In this document: one piece after another, positions 9,098 through 19,652 of the stretch
How the letters are laid out: each line of letters starts with the position of its first letter
Position numbering within the stretch: position 1 is the stretch's first letter
Source of the DNA: an uncultured bacterium
GTDB taxonomy: Bacteria; Acidobacteriota; HRBIN11; JAKEFK01
Assembly (NCBI GenBank): GCA_963777505.1
Contig: CAVZQN010000004.1
Coordinates: 1,056,001-1,120,000, forward strand
Length of the DNA stretch: 64,000 bases
Direction of reading: 5' to 3'
Position numbers and translations under genes: made by a program
The notes under the pieces: generated by a model
Told to the model about the DNA's origin: nothing
The model's database searches: none
The model's input: the letters and a program-made list of their open reading frames with translations, nothing else

Positions 9098-11923
9098 TTA
9101 GAAATCTACGCCTAAACCAATCTCAAGGCGTCGCGGTTGCGTCCATGTATCAACCACGATGATACCGCGGCGATACAGGGAATCTGTGAATGCCAGTTCC
9201 GTATCTGCGTTGAGTATGTTGTAGAAAGTTCCGGACAACTTGAACCCAAAGTCCGGACCAAGACTGAATCTCCGGCCTACGCCTATATCGATCGCTTTAA
9301 CCATACCCAGGCGGAAATCTCGTTCCGCGGTGATGGTTCTTGCTCCTTGATTCAGTATACTGCCAGGAACTCGAACCGGGCGGTTGTGGTATTTGCCGGA
9401 TTCAAAATCAGCCGTTACGGATCCCTGTAGCTTGCCGGGCAGATTAAAGAAGGCTGCCTGGATCCGGAACATATGTGGACGATCGCCCGCGAGGGGTCCG
9501 ACACTGTTTACATAATTGTTCGGATCGGACCCATCTGTTCCACCATAAAACGGATTGAATTGGATGGAGGAAAGTAGACGTGGTATCGTTCCTTCTGAAC
9601 GGGACCAGGTATAGTTCGCGTTCAACGCCCAGCTGTTTGCAAAGCGCTTCTCAAACGTGAGAAGAACAGCATCGTAATTCTGGAAATAATCCGGTGTTCC
9701 GCCTGCACAAGCGCTTCCACTCGGCATGATGCTGCAGAAATCTCCAGGATTGTTTCCTTTTGTCAGAATTGGCGATTCAACCACATTGAACAGCGTAAAA
9801 ACATTACTGGGATCTGCCGGATCCACAAATGTGACCGGCTCGTAGGCTCCGCCTAATATCTGCCATCCGATCAGGTCATCCGTATCCTTTCGTACATACT
9901 GGATCCCTGCTGACATATCTGTACCAAACTGTTGCTCATATCCGACCGAATACTGCAGGGTGCGAGGCGGATCCAGATTTGTATTGATTACTGTATTGTT
10001 AATGATTTCCCCGAAGGGGATATCAAATTGACCAGTGTCCGGATTAAACCCAAAAGAGAGTAGAGGAGAAAGTTCGGGTGGTGGATAGTCCCAATTCCCC
10101 GTGACATTGTGATCGTAATAAACTCCAACGGATCCTTGAATCTTCGATCTTCCATCCGATGTAGGTTGAAATACAAAACCGAACCTGGGTGACCACACAT
10201 TCCAGTCGACAACATCCACGCCGGGGATGGTGCCGCCCGCATCCGCAAAATTGCCGACAGGTGTGAGCGATGGAGTGCCAACAATTAGACGTTCATATTC
10301 CGGAATGGATCCGGCGTTGTGGTCGAATCTTAACCCGAAGTTCAGAGTCAACCGGTCATTGACTGTAATTGAATCGTCAAAGAAAATTCCGATTTCATTC
10401 GTATCGGCTCCGTATTGCCAGGGATCTTGAATGTAACGCGAGTAGGGAGCACCATAGTAAGTGTAAGTATAGAAGCCGTTTACTCCCAGGCCATTGATGG
10501 AAGTATTGTGTCCCACGGTGTACTGCACGCCGAATTTGAACTCATGCTCGCTGTTCAAAAAATTATCGGCATAATGAGTTGCTTTACCACGGAATGAATG
10601 TCTCCAGGTTTTGTATTCCCATGGATAATACGAGCCGCCTTGATAAATCGGTTCACCCGGCCCAGGCGCTATTTCGATTACCGGATCTTCAAAAGGAGCT
10701 TCAATGACCGAATCGTAAAGGTCCAGCGCATCCCAACCAGAGTATCCTGCTTCCAACAGTAGATTCTGGGAACGCGTAGAAGTCCAGGTTGCTCCCCATG
10801 CCTGTGTGTCTCCGCCTTCTCCAGTGAGCGCGGACAACTCAAAATCTGGTGTCAGAGTGTTGGGAGAATCCCAGTTTTCCCAGTGGAAGAATCCGGAAAT
10901 CTCATTGCTGTCATTGATCATCGCGCTAACTTTTCCACCATATTTATCGCTTTTATACGGGATTCCTTCCTGCAATTCTGGAAGGGTGCCAGGGGTGCTT
11001 GCAGTATCGCGGTACGTTTGAATACCACCATGGAACCACACTCTATCTTTAATGATTGGACCTCCAACACTACCAAAGATGTTCCGGTATTCGAGCCGCT
11101 CAAACGTTGCCGCTTCTTCGGGCACATCAGTCAATTCGATGTTGTCTCCCGTGAGACTGTCTGTCAGAATAAACCAATTGGCAGAGCCATTGATTTCGTT
11201 TCCACCTTTCTTTGTGACCACGTTAAACACGGCTCCTGTATGGTTGCCGTATTCGGCAGGGGCTCCCACACCAAGCACCTGAATTTCTTCAACCATATCG
11301 GAATTCACGCTGAACCAGACAGAACCTGTTTCCGGCGCAGAGAGATCCATTCCATCCACGTGCCATGCGTTCGATTGCTGATTCGATCCAAAAGCAATAG
11401 TACGATCGGATAATGCATCGCCGTAGCTTGCGGTTACTCCCGGAGCCATTTGCATCAAGGTAAATTGTGAATGTTGTGTTGGTACTTCTTCCAGTATTGC
11501 CCCTGAGTAACTTGTGCTTACACCTGATTCTTTAACATCGATCAACGGTGTTTCACCGATAACTGTTAATTCCTCAGCTGTTCCTTCCAAACCCATCGTA
11601 ACCGGGACATTTGCAGTCCCATCCAGAGAAACATTGACACGTTCCACATGGATCTTGGAAAAGCCGGTAAGTTCTAAGTCTACCGAATAAGTGCCAACCG
11701 GTAGAGAAGCAAAGCGGAAAACTCCCATTTCATTTGTTGTTACTGTACGTGTACCACTGATGATCGCTTTGCTGCTGATCGTAACATTCACACCAGGTAA
11801 CGGTTTGCCTTCCGGATCAAGAACAGTTCCTCGTATGTCACCACCGGTAACTTGTGCGAATGTTATCGCAGTAATTGCAACGAAGAAGAGCACAGATAGC
11901 GCTAATGTCAGTTTCTTAATCAT
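9098..11923 (-). CDS. Oar-like TonB-dependent receptor (TBDR2), close paralog of TBDR1
   Basis: Same architecture and shared blocks with TBDR1 (PTQHSQFTLMQ, DRTIAFGSN, DLSAPETGSVW, YKSDKY, NWDYPPPEL, QFNPFYG, GDRPHMFR); C-terminal Phe. Confidence 0.9.
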   Translation of the reverse strand: MIKKLTLALSVLFFVAITAITFAQVTGGDIRGTVLDPEGKPLPGVNVTISSKAIISGTRTVTTNEMGVFRFASLPVGTYSVDLELTGFSKIHVERVNVSLDGTANVPVTMGLEGTAEELTVIGETPLIDVKESGVSTSYSGAILEEVPTQHSQFTLMQMAPGVTASYGDALSDRTIAFGSNQQSNAWHVDGMDLSAPETGSVWFSVNSDMVEEIQVLGVGAPAEYGNHTGAVFNVVTKKGGNEINGSANWFILTDSLTGDNIELTDVPEEAATFERLEYRNIFGSVGGPIIKDRVWFHGGIQTYRDTASTPGTLPELQEGIPYKSDKYGGKVSAMINDSNEISGFFHWENWDSPNTLTPDFELSALTGEGGDTQAWGATWTSTRSQNLLLEAGYSGWDALDLYDSVIEAPFEDPVIEIAPGPGEPIYQGGSYYPWEYKTWRHSFRGKATHYADNFLNSEHEFKFGVQYTVGHNTSINGLGVNGFYTYTYYGAPYSRYIQDPWQYGADTNEIGIFFDDSITVNDRLTLNFGLRFDHNAGSIPEYERLIVGTPSLTPVGNFADAGGTIPGVDVVDWNVWSPRFGFVFQPTSDGRSKIQGSVGVYYDHNVTGNWDYPPPELSPLLSFGFNPDTGQFDIPFGEIINNTVINTNLDPPRTLQYSVGYEQQFGTDMSAGIQYVRKDTDDLIGWQILGGAYEPVTFVDPADPSNVFTLFNVVESPILTKGNNPGDFCSIMPSGSACAGGTPDYFQNYDAVLLTFEKRFANSWALNANYTWSRSEGTIPRLLSSIQFNPFYGGTDGSDPNNYVNSVGPLAGDRPHMFRIQAAFFNLPGKLQGSVTADFESGKYHNRPVRVPGSILNQGARTITAERDFRLGMVKAIDIGVGRRFSLGPDFGFKLSGTFYNILNADTELAFTDSLYRRGIIVVDTWTQPRRLEIGLGVDF

Positions 11924-12037
11924 AACTACGCCCTCCAGATTGAAGAGATCTGCTTGGATGCAGGAAAATAAGATTTACGGTTTGCAGTGGAAAAATTTTT
12001 TTCCTCGTTTAACGATTCTAAAGATCTTCTGACGAGA

Positions 12038-12103
12038 ATTATAGCACGCGATACATCTTCCATGTGCATCTTAGATGTAACACGACATTTTACAATGTGG
12101 AAC
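12038..12103 (-). promoter_or_regulatory. TBDR2 promoter: extended -10 plus palindromic operator-like site
   Basis: Minus-strand TGCTATAAT at 12038-12046; ATTTTACA-A-TGTGGAAC at 12087-12103; spacing matches TBDR1 within 1 nt. Confidence 0.6.
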
Positions 12104-12241
12104 GTAGCGCAATTTCTACTGCCAATCATGGCTTGTTTGGGACGAAACGGACTAAATTCGGTATGAACTTGTAAGCAAAAAATGTGTGATATTTTCAAAA
12201 ACCAAGAAAAAATCGGTTTCTCGGAAAAATAAAACGAACTT

Positions 12242-14197
12242 TTATTTTGATATCTTACAGAGTGAAGAGAGAAGTTCTAATTGATTACGATACAACTCCA
12301 TATCTTTAGGATTCTTAAGTTGGGTTGCCACTTCCAACCGGAGTTTTATTGCTTCGACTTCATAAGGCGATTTGAATAAAACTTTATCCAATATAGAAGC
12401 CGCATTTTGAAATTCTTTTGCATTTAAGTAGAGCTGACTAAGGGCTAATAAATCTTCTTTTTCTGCAACACCTTGTTTGTCAATTCTTGAATAATGTTCT
12501 ATCGCCTGATTGTGATCTCCCTTTTGAATTGCATCTTTAGCTTCCTGCCTAATTCGAAACGCCTGATTCATAATCGTCCATTCGTTTCGCTCTTCGGTTT
12601 TCAATTCTTCAAATCGCGTCATCGCCTTTAATGCTGCCGTTTCATTTTCTTCCCTTGTATAAATCAGACCAAGGTTGTAATAGACCTGCGAATTTTTTGG
12701 CGCCAGTTTTTCCACTTGAAGCAAATATTGTTTTGCTTTTTCAAAGTTGTTCTGATTCAGATACAAAACGCCAAGACTGTATAGAGTGTTAATGTTTTCA
12801 GGATGATTGGCTGCATGTTTTTCAAGAATTTCTCTCAGTTGAACAGAATCGGATGCAGTTAGTACAGCTAGAGCAAAGGAAGCAATATCTTCGGCAGCTT
12901 CAGGATTTTTTTCAATGGCTGATTCAAGAGCTTCCATTGCTTGTGAAATATCCATCTTTTCGTAATAAAGATTTCCTAAAGTTACGTATGCTGCTGCTTC
13001 CTGAAAGCCAAGTTCAATCGCGTGTTTACATGCTTCGATCGCTTCAGTTATCTTTCCTTTCTGCTTCAGAATTGTTGCCAGAATGTAATGAAGTGAAGCT
13101 TCTTCAGGCTTTGCACTGATTGCTTTTCGAATTGAGCATTCGGCTGCTTCATTGGCTTGCATATTTCTTGCGAGAATCGCAAGGCGAGTGGAAATCGCCG
13201 GAACATCGGAAAGCCATTGCATAAGCTGCTTATAAGTCGCCAGAGCCTCCCAATTTTTTTGCTGCTTTTCAGCTGCTTCAACTTGAATCAGCAAAGCGGG
13301 AACATGCATCGGTCTGTCTGCAATGATTTGCTGAGCGAGCTTTTCAGCCTCTTCAAAATTCTTCTGATTCAATGCATTCGAAGCGAGTGCCATAATCTGA
13401 ATCACACGAGGACTCAAGATTGAAAAATCAGGAATACTTTTTCCTGATTTCTTAAGAAAGAGATGGATCACAGGGTTTTGGTCATCAATGTGATAGGCGA
13501 TTTCCAATAATGCATCTGATTTGAAATGAATTCCTGCTGCAAGATAAGCGTCAGCGGAACCCAGGTTTTCTCCCAGTAAAATCTTGATGTTTTTGTCGGC
13601 TGCTGGTCCTCCTTTCATGGCGTGAATGAAGAGTCCTGCTGCTGTTGTTTCATCCATGCCTGACAGAATCTGTAGTGCGGTTTGGCGATTGTTTTGATAA
13701 ACAAAGACTTCCGCTAAAAGGAGTTCTGCTTCGCTGTCATTTACTCTTTGCAAATCTTCAATCGCAGGATCGAATTGGTTCAAAAATAAATTTGCGCGTG
13801 CACGCCATTGAATTGCCGGCAAAAAATTCGGAGAGGCTTTCAATGATTCATCAAAAGATTCACGTGCCTTTTCATATTGATGTTGAAGGAGTTGAGCTTT
13901 TCCAAGCAAATGCCATGCAAGATGGATCCGTTGAGGCTGCGAGGCAACTGCAATCTCAAGATGTTCTTGCGCGAGCTTCGCATCGCCTTGTTCCAGTGCA
14001 ATTTGACCAAGCATCAAGCGGGCAGGTCCATGTTTCGGTTCTTCCTTGATAATTTCTTCAAATAAAGCGGTGGCTGATGCAACATCACCTGAAGAAAACA
14101 CACGTAGAGCTTCTTGCATCTTTGCTGCGACACTTGATTGTGATGTGGCCGTGTTACAGAGAAGAATAACCGCAAAGGCTCGGAGAAAAACTCTCAC
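12242..14197 (-). CDS. Secreted multi-TPR protein
   Basis: Signal peptide; repeated TPR motifs (AWHLLGKA, AYVTLGNLY, TLYSLGVLY, VYYNLGLIY); GTG start overlaps the upstream stop. Confidence 0.8.
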   Translation of the reverse strand: MRVFLRAFAVILLCNTATSQSSVAAKMQEALRVFSSGDVASATALFEEIIKEEPKHGPARLMLGQIALEQGDAKLAQEHLEIAVASQPQRIHLAWHLLGKAQLLQHQYEKARESFDESLKASPNFLPAIQWRARANLFLNQFDPAIEDLQRVNDSEAELLLAEVFVYQNNRQTALQILSGMDETTAAGLFIHAMKGGPAADKNIKILLGENLGSADAYLAAGIHFKSDALLEIAYHIDDQNPVIHLFLKKSGKSIPDFSILSPRVIQIMALASNALNQKNFEEAEKLAQQIIADRPMHVPALLIQVEAAEKQQKNWEALATYKQLMQWLSDVPAISTRLAILARNMQANEAAECSIRKAISAKPEEASLHYILATILKQKGKITEAIEACKHAIELGFQEAAAYVTLGNLYYEKMDISQAMEALESAIEKNPEAAEDIASFALAVLTASDSVQLREILEKHAANHPENINTLYSLGVLYLNQNNFEKAKQYLLQVEKLAPKNSQVYYNLGLIYTREENETAALKAMTRFEELKTEERNEWTIMNQAFRIRQEAKDAIQKGDHNQAIEHYSRIDKQGVAEKEDLLALSQLYLNAKEFQNAASILDKVLFKSPYEVEAIKLRLEVATQLKNPKDMELYRNQLELLSSLCKISK

Positions 14198-15906
14198 CTC
14201 TGCTCCTCTGCACCCCTGCTCCCCTGCAGATTCGGTTTGGCACCGCGCTTAATAATGTAGAAATTATCTGCTTGAATCCCGTTGTGGACTTCCACGCCAC
14301 CATCGGGCCAGCGGATTTCTATCCGTTCAACTGTTGCAGAATTTCCCAATCCATAATGAAGACGCAAATCGGATTGTGATGCATAGCTGCCACCAGAAGA
14401 AATCTGGCGATGTTGAGAAACGCCACCTGCAGTAACGATTATGCGCGCTCCCATTGCAAGCGGGCTACCTTTTGTATCGATCAATTGTAAGTTGATCCAA
14501 TGAGTACCAGTTAACTGGGTTCGATTTTCCAGATAGGTCGGCTTTTCATCTTGATTGCTGATAATAAAATCGAGATCGCCATCGTTGTCAAAATCAGCGT
14601 ACGCGCCACCGCGTCCTGATTTCTTCAACTGAAAGCCTGGTCCAGCATCGGGTGTCCTATCACGGAAACGGCGATTGCCTTCATTCAAAAAAATTGTATT
14701 TCTTTGGCGGTAAGTTTCATGAAGATCGGGATCCTGATCAACTTGAGGATAAATATGCCCGTTGGCAATAAAAATATCCAAATCGCGATCGTGATCTAGA
14801 TCCAAAAAGAGAGTCGCCCATGCAAGCGGAACAAAAGTTGGAATTGCAATTCCTGCTGCGAATGATTCATCTGTAAAAAATTTTCCATTCTGGTTCTTAT
14901 AAAGCGTGTCGTAATCATGAGCAAAATTTGTGACGATCAGATCAAACCATCCATCATTGTCATAATCGCCAAAAGCGATCCCCATACTTCCTTGTTCTTC
15001 GCCATCTGCATTGTATGCGGTGCCGGTAGGTGTACCGACTTCTTCGAATGTACCATTGCCGCGGTTTCGATAAAGACAATTCGGGGTGCTGTCATTCGCG
15101 ACGTAGAGATCGACGTCTCCATCATTGTCATAATCGAAGCTCACAACAGACATGCCGTAGAATTCACTTCCTTTTTTCAAACCCGATTTTTCGCTTGCTT
15201 CGGTGAACGTTCCGTTTCCGTTGTTGATATAAAAACTATCGATACTTCCTGGAAGTCCTTTGGGGCCATCTAATACAGGAACTTTTCCACGCCAAAGTCG
15301 TGTTCGCTTTGCAGAGTGAATTTCTTCCCAGGTGGCATCAACGTAATTGGCTACATATAAATCATGATCGCCATCACGATCGGCATCAAAAAAAGTACAG
15401 CCAATACTCCAGCGTGGATCCCCCACGTTGGCTGATGCAGTAATATCAGCAAAAGTTCCATCACCATTATTTTTGTAAAGAATGTCTGGTCCGAAGTTCG
15501 TTACAAAAAGATCCGGATGACCATCATTATTGATATCTCCAATGCATCCACCTTGACCGTATACAGCTGCGCCAACGCCGGCTGACTTTGTCACATCTGT
15601 AAATTTTCCCTTACCCTCATTCCGATAGAGCACATTGGAGTGTGGCCCGGTTTTTCCTTTTGCGGGGAAGCTGAATGCATTCACGAAATAAACATCTTGA
15701 TCGAAATCGCCATCGAAATCGAAAACGATGACTCCGTTTCCTGTTGACTCAAGAATGTGATTCTTTTCCGCGCCGCCCGTGTATGTGATTACCGAAAAAT
15801 TCGCAGATGCAGAAGAGTCAACAAAATTCAACTTGATTGGTGTAGCCGTTGCGCCAATCAGTACGATGGAGCTGAAAACAATTAAGGATTTGAGAAGGAA
15901 TTTCAT
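14194..15906 (-). CDS. CRTAC1-family FG-GAP repeat protein with ASPIC/UnbV domain
   Basis: Repeated DFDGDFDQD/DYDNDGDVD Ca-binding blades; GMSV, GSMGI; C-terminal GGSYASQSDLRLHYGLG and IRWPDG. Confidence 0.9.
   Translation of the reverse strand: MKFLLKSLIVFSSIVLIGATATPIKLNFVDSSASANFSVITYTGGAEKNHILESTGNGVIVFDFDGDFDQDVYFVNAFSFPAKGKTGPHSNVLYRNEGKGKFTDVTKSAGVGAAVYGQGGCIGDINNDGHPDLFVTNFGPDILYKNNGDGTFADITASANVGDPRWSIGCTFFDADRDGDHDLYVANYVDATWEEIHSAKRTRLWRGKVPVLDGPKGLPGSIDSFYINNGNGTFTEASEKSGLKKGSEFYGMSVVSFDYDNDGDVDLYVANDSTPNCLYRNRGNGTFEEVGTPTGTAYNADGEEQGSMGIAFGDYDNDGWFDLIVTNFAHDYDTLYKNQNGKFFTDESFAAGIAIPTFVPLAWATLFLDLDHDRDLDIFIANGHIYPQVDQDPDLHETYRQRNTIFLNEGNRRFRDRTPDAGPGFQLKKSGRGGAYADFDNDGDLDFIISNQDEKPTYLENRTQLTGTHWINLQLIDTKGSPLAMGARIIVTAGGVSQHRQISSGGSYASQSDLRLHYGLGNSATVERIEIRWPDGGVEVHNGIQADNFYIIKRGAKPNLQGSRGAEEQR
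14197..14228. repeat. Octamer tandem repeat (CCYCTGCW)x4 encoding the C-terminus of the CRTAC1-family ORF
   Basis: CCTCTGCT CCTCTGCA CCCCTGCT CCCCTGCA; related run at 50099-50126. Confidence 0.6.
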
Positions 15907-16012
15907 AACAGACTATTAGAGCCCTACTGTAACATCGAGATTAGGGAAAAGAAATCTTTACATTTACGCTATTCGAAACGGCCGTTTTTTTACCACAGAG
16001 TCACAGAGAAGT

Positions 16013-19000
16013 CTAAGGTTCTTGTGATTGCATTTGGCTTTGGCCGGACCAGTTGGGGTCGATGCGTGGGAGTTTGTGTTCTACGCGGCGGGTGTTGTAC
16101 TTCCGCAAATACTCTTGATGATCAGCATCCTGCGGGTAATTTTCATCTTCACTATATGGATACCGGGTCATACCATGAAAAGGCAATGGTTCTACGGTAT
16201 TCGAGGTAGCAGTATTTAAGTCTCCATCTTTTAACCAGCCAACTGTGTAGATTAGATAATCGCGTGTCCAGCCATCCGGAAGTTTTGGAAGGGTAGTGGC
16301 ATCAAATTCTACAGCGATTTCATCGCCTGCATTGAAGATTACATATTTGCTATCGGAGTCTGTCAGTAGTGAGTTTACATCGCCAAATTTTGTATAGTTG
16401 CCGGCCAAATCGCGCCATAAAGGTTCTTTGCGAACGCTGTTGTAGTCAAACCAATGCGGGCCATAAAGGCCTTTGCGGTAAAGTTTGGAGAAGCCGCGAT
16501 AATGCAAATCACTGGAAACTGCTTTCAATGGAGTCTGAGTTATCGGCGAAGTCTGATCCGTTTCAGCAAAAAAGATTTGATCCCAATAAACTTCCATACT
16601 GCTGCGAATTCTGATCTTTGAACCGCCATCCATTTTTCCGCTGAGATCTACGACAACCGTTTTATCTTTTCCGCCCGGAAAGCCAACAGATGCTACCTGT
16701 TTCCAATTTCCATTTTGATCCAGCACTTCAACATACGGAGCTGTGGCGCGTTCCGATTTGCCTTGACCCAAACCGGTGTTAATGCTTGCATCACTTGGAA
16801 AAATCCATCCATTCAGAAAAAGGATCAAACGATCCGATTTTGCAGTCGGACCCGCATCCAGAATCAAATCATGCATCGATGTGATTCCCTGAAACTTTGC
16901 CGGGATCAAATTCGGAGTATAAGAATCATCCTTATTAAGGATGTATGGCAAAAGATCATCGCCTCGGTCATTTATAGCCGTGCGAGGAACAATTTTTTCG
17001 GTGACCTTATATATATGAAGCGGTGGAAATGGTGGCGGGATAAACTTTTCGTCAACAAAAATGTCGGAGTCACCAGGATGATCGACTGCAACTAACGTAA
17101 CTTCATCCAGATAAGGCGTTTCCCATAACTCTTCGGTAATCCTCAAAGAAAGCTTTCCATCTTTTGGCTGGAGCTGTCTTGACGATATCTTTACATATTC
17201 TCTGGACGCATCCGCAAATGCGTAGGTGGTGGAATTTCCCATAATTCCAAGTGGCATTCCTAATGCGCTCCGCCACAAAACATCTGTGACAAACTCATAT
17301 TGTTTTCCATTCCACGCATATAAAAATGCACAGGATCCTTTTAATATTTGTTCTTCTACGATTGTCTGGTTGGCATTTGCAAGAATTCGATTTTGGGGAA
17401 CTCCATTCGTCCAAACGACGCGTACAACATCGGCCGTTAAATAAGAACCCAAACCGAAATGTGTGAAAGGCTCCATCACAACACGTTTTTGATAAAGTTC
17501 CCCGGTTAGTATTTCAACCGAGGCGCCGATTGCGAAACGATTATTTTTACCGCTTCCTGTACCGAGTCCTTTAAGATTTATGTTGAGCCAGCGATTCGCG
17601 TTTCCTCCGGAGTTTTTCAAAAGTCTTGTGCCGTTTGCATCTGACATCAATACATCAAGATCTCCATCGGAATCGATATCAGAAATTGCCCAATCTTCAA
17701 CTGCTTGAAGGTTTTTTGGCAAGACAGAGGACTGGTCTTCATATTTTGCCCCGCCAGTATTTCGGAACAACATTGGAATTGGTGCTGCAATTAGAAGATC
17801 GAGATATCCATCATTATCAAAATCCGCGTACGCTGTTTTTGTGATTCTTGAGTTTGCTGAAAGGTTAATCCCACGCGAAGAAGATGTTTCTGCATTCAAT
17901 TTCTCATTCTGATTTCTGTAGAATCGTGATTCGTTTCCGTTTGCAGCAAAAACATCTAAGTATCCCTGGTTGTCATCATCTCCCGCAGCAAGTACCACCG
18001 CAGCTTTTGGGCCCGTGAGAGCTGTTGAAGTTTCATCCTGAAATCGGCCTTCGCGCAAATTGGAATAGAGTTTGATTGACTCTTCGCCCGATACAATCAG
18101 ATCCAGATCCCCATCTTCATCAAAGTCAAAAAAGATTCCATCGTGTTGATTTTCTCCCGCAAGACCCATTGGATCGGAGCGTTCTGTAAAAGTACCATCG
18201 CCATTGTTTCTATAAGCCGCATTTTTTCCGTAACCGACTTTGAAAAAATCAAGATCTCCATCTTGATCAAAATCAAAAATCAATGTTTTGGAAGAGCCGA
18301 TACTTTCCGGGAACCCTAATGTCTTTGTTACATTCGACCAATTTCCGTTACGGTCATTTCTGTGGACCATCTGAAAATCAGCACCTGCCTGATATAAATC
18401 AAGATCGCCATCATTGTCGTAATCTGCAAAAGCGGAAAAAGTGGATGGTTTTTCACTTCCCAATTTCAGCACTTCAGAGAATTTACCTTTTTCGTTTTGA
18501 AAGAGACGTCCACCTGCAAATAGATCGGGATCGCCATCGGAATCATAATCACCTAACGCGAGTGCGCCTTGTGCCGTTAGGTGAACACCACTGTCTTCGA
18601 ATGAAAATGGAATCGAACGAGACGCCAGAACTTGTTTTTGAAATGTTGGATCAAAAAAAAGCAAAGGGAATCCAATAAAAGGAGCTCCAGGTCCTTTTAG
18701 CTCTGTGATCCCCGCGCGGTAATACGCCGTAGGTTTTAAAACATTATGAAGCATCACAGACAACGTAACAGCCTCTTGCGGATTCTTATGAAGTGCGTCT
18801 AAAGTATTTTGAATCAGTTCATTTGTCGTTTCTTCGAGTTCAGGTAATTGCTGACGAAGCTGTTGTAGTAGTCTGATTGCATCTTCTGTGCGACCCGCGC
18901 GAATCAATATTTCAAGATATTGCAACTGAACGGCGATATTACCTGGTTGTTGATCGGATAGCGTTTCAAGTTGGAGCAATACCTTGGAAGAGTCTGCCGA

Positions 19001-19462
19001 ATTTCGAAGAAGCAACTGAATTAATTTATGCCGGCAGCGCGCATGCTGCGGATGTGCTGAAACCGTTTTTTCCAATAACGCAATCGCTTCAGGAATTTTG
19101 TTTGATTGTTCGTAAACTTCAGCAGCAATCAAAGCTGCATCCGGATTGTCCGGAGATTTTTCAAGACCTTTCCTGGCCTGTTCTTCAGCCTCACCATATT
19201 TTCCGGATCGAAGATAAACGAGGGCGAGATTTGCATAGCCAATCGGCTGATCTTGAGCGAGACGGATCAACTCACGGAATTCTTTTTCCGCTTCATCAAG
19301 CCGCATTTCTTCCAAATAGGCGAGCCCAAGATTTCTATGGCGAAAAACAGCTGAACTGTCTGCAGCGGGGGCGGTTTTTTCTTTTTTGAACCGTTGTATC
19401 AAAAGGTAGCCGGCTGCAAAGAGTGCAAGCAGCAAAATGAGCAGGATAAATTTTTGTCTCAT
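16013..19462 (-). CDS. TPR + FG-GAP + ASPIC/UnbV protein with a large uncharacterised C-terminal domain
   Basis: N-terminal TM, TPRs, DYDSDGD-type repeats, HFGLG..VRVVWTNG, then GSCAFLYAWNG and about 430 further residues. Confidence 0.85.
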   Translation of the reverse strand: MRQKFILLILLLALFAAGYLLIQRFKKEKTAPAADSSAVFRHRNLGLAYLEEMRLDEAEKEFRELIRLAQDQPIGYANLALVYLRSGKYGEAEEQARKGLEKSPDNPDAALIAAEVYEQSNKIPEAIALLEKTVSAHPQHARCRHKLIQLLLRNSADSSKVLLQLETLSDQQPGNIAVQLQYLEILIRAGRTEDAIRLLQQLRQQLPELEETTNELIQNTLDALHKNPQEAVTLSVMLHNVLKPTAYYRAGITELKGPGAPFIGFPLLFFDPTFQKQVLASRSIPFSFEDSGVHLTAQGALALGDYDSDGDPDLFAGGRLFQNEKGKFSEVLKLGSEKPSTFSAFADYDNDGDLDLYQAGADFQMVHRNDRNGNWSNVTKTLGFPESIGSSKTLIFDFDQDGDLDFFKVGYGKNAAYRNNGDGTFTERSDPMGLAGENQHDGIFFDFDEDGDLDLIVSGEESIKLYSNLREGRFQDETSTALTGPKAAVVLAAGDDDNQGYLDVFAANGNESRFYRNQNEKLNAETSSSRGINLSANSRITKTAYADFDNDGYLDLLIAAPIPMLFRNTGGAKYEDQSSVLPKNLQAVEDWAISDIDSDGDLDVLMSDANGTRLLKNSGGNANRWLNINLKGLGTGSGKNNRFAIGASVEILTGELYQKRVVMEPFTHFGLGSYLTADVVRVVWTNGVPQNRILANANQTIVEEQILKGSCAFLYAWNGKQYEFVTDVLWRSALGMPLGIMGNSTTYAFADASREYVKISSRQLQPKDGKLSLRITEELWETPYLDEVTLVAVDHPGDSDIFVDEKFIPPPFPPLHIYKVTEKIVPRTAINDRGDDLLPYILNKDDSYTPNLIPAKFQGITSMHDLILDAGPTAKSDRLILFLNGWIFPSDASINTGLGQGKSERATAPYVEVLDQNGNWKQVASVGFPGGKDKTVVVDLSGKMDGGSKIRIRSSMEVYWDQIFFAETDQTSPITQTPLKAVSSDLHYRGFSKLYRKGLYGPHWFDYNSVRKEPLWRDLAGNYTKFGDVNSLLTDSDSKYVIFNAGDEIAVEFDATTLPKLPDGWTRDYLIYTVGWLKDGDLNTATSNTVEPLPFHGMTRYPYSEDENYPQDADHQEYLRKYNTRRVEHKLPRIDPNWSGQSQMQSQEP

Positions 19463-19511
19463 TGATGAACCTAAACTTTAGCATTGAGCTTTTGGAAAAG
19501 GAATGTGCATT

Positions 19512-19607
19512 AAGGCCCGGCCCTGCGGATATGGGGTGCGAGGGCCGGGCCTTTGTTTGTGAATTGAGGCTCGGCTTTCGAACCCCACCACCGCAAAGCC
19601 GAGCCTC
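19512..19607. repeat. Two inverted, co-varying GC-rich hairpins between divergent genes
   Basis: AAGGCCCGGCCCT/AGGGCCGGGCCTT (19512-19553) and GAGGCTCGGCTTT/AAAGCCGAGCCTC (19566-19607); the two 16-nt loops are largely complementary. Confidence 0.7.
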
Positions 19608-19652
19608 GACTAAGGTAGTCAAATACTCCTCAAAGGCCTAGTTTTTATAACG

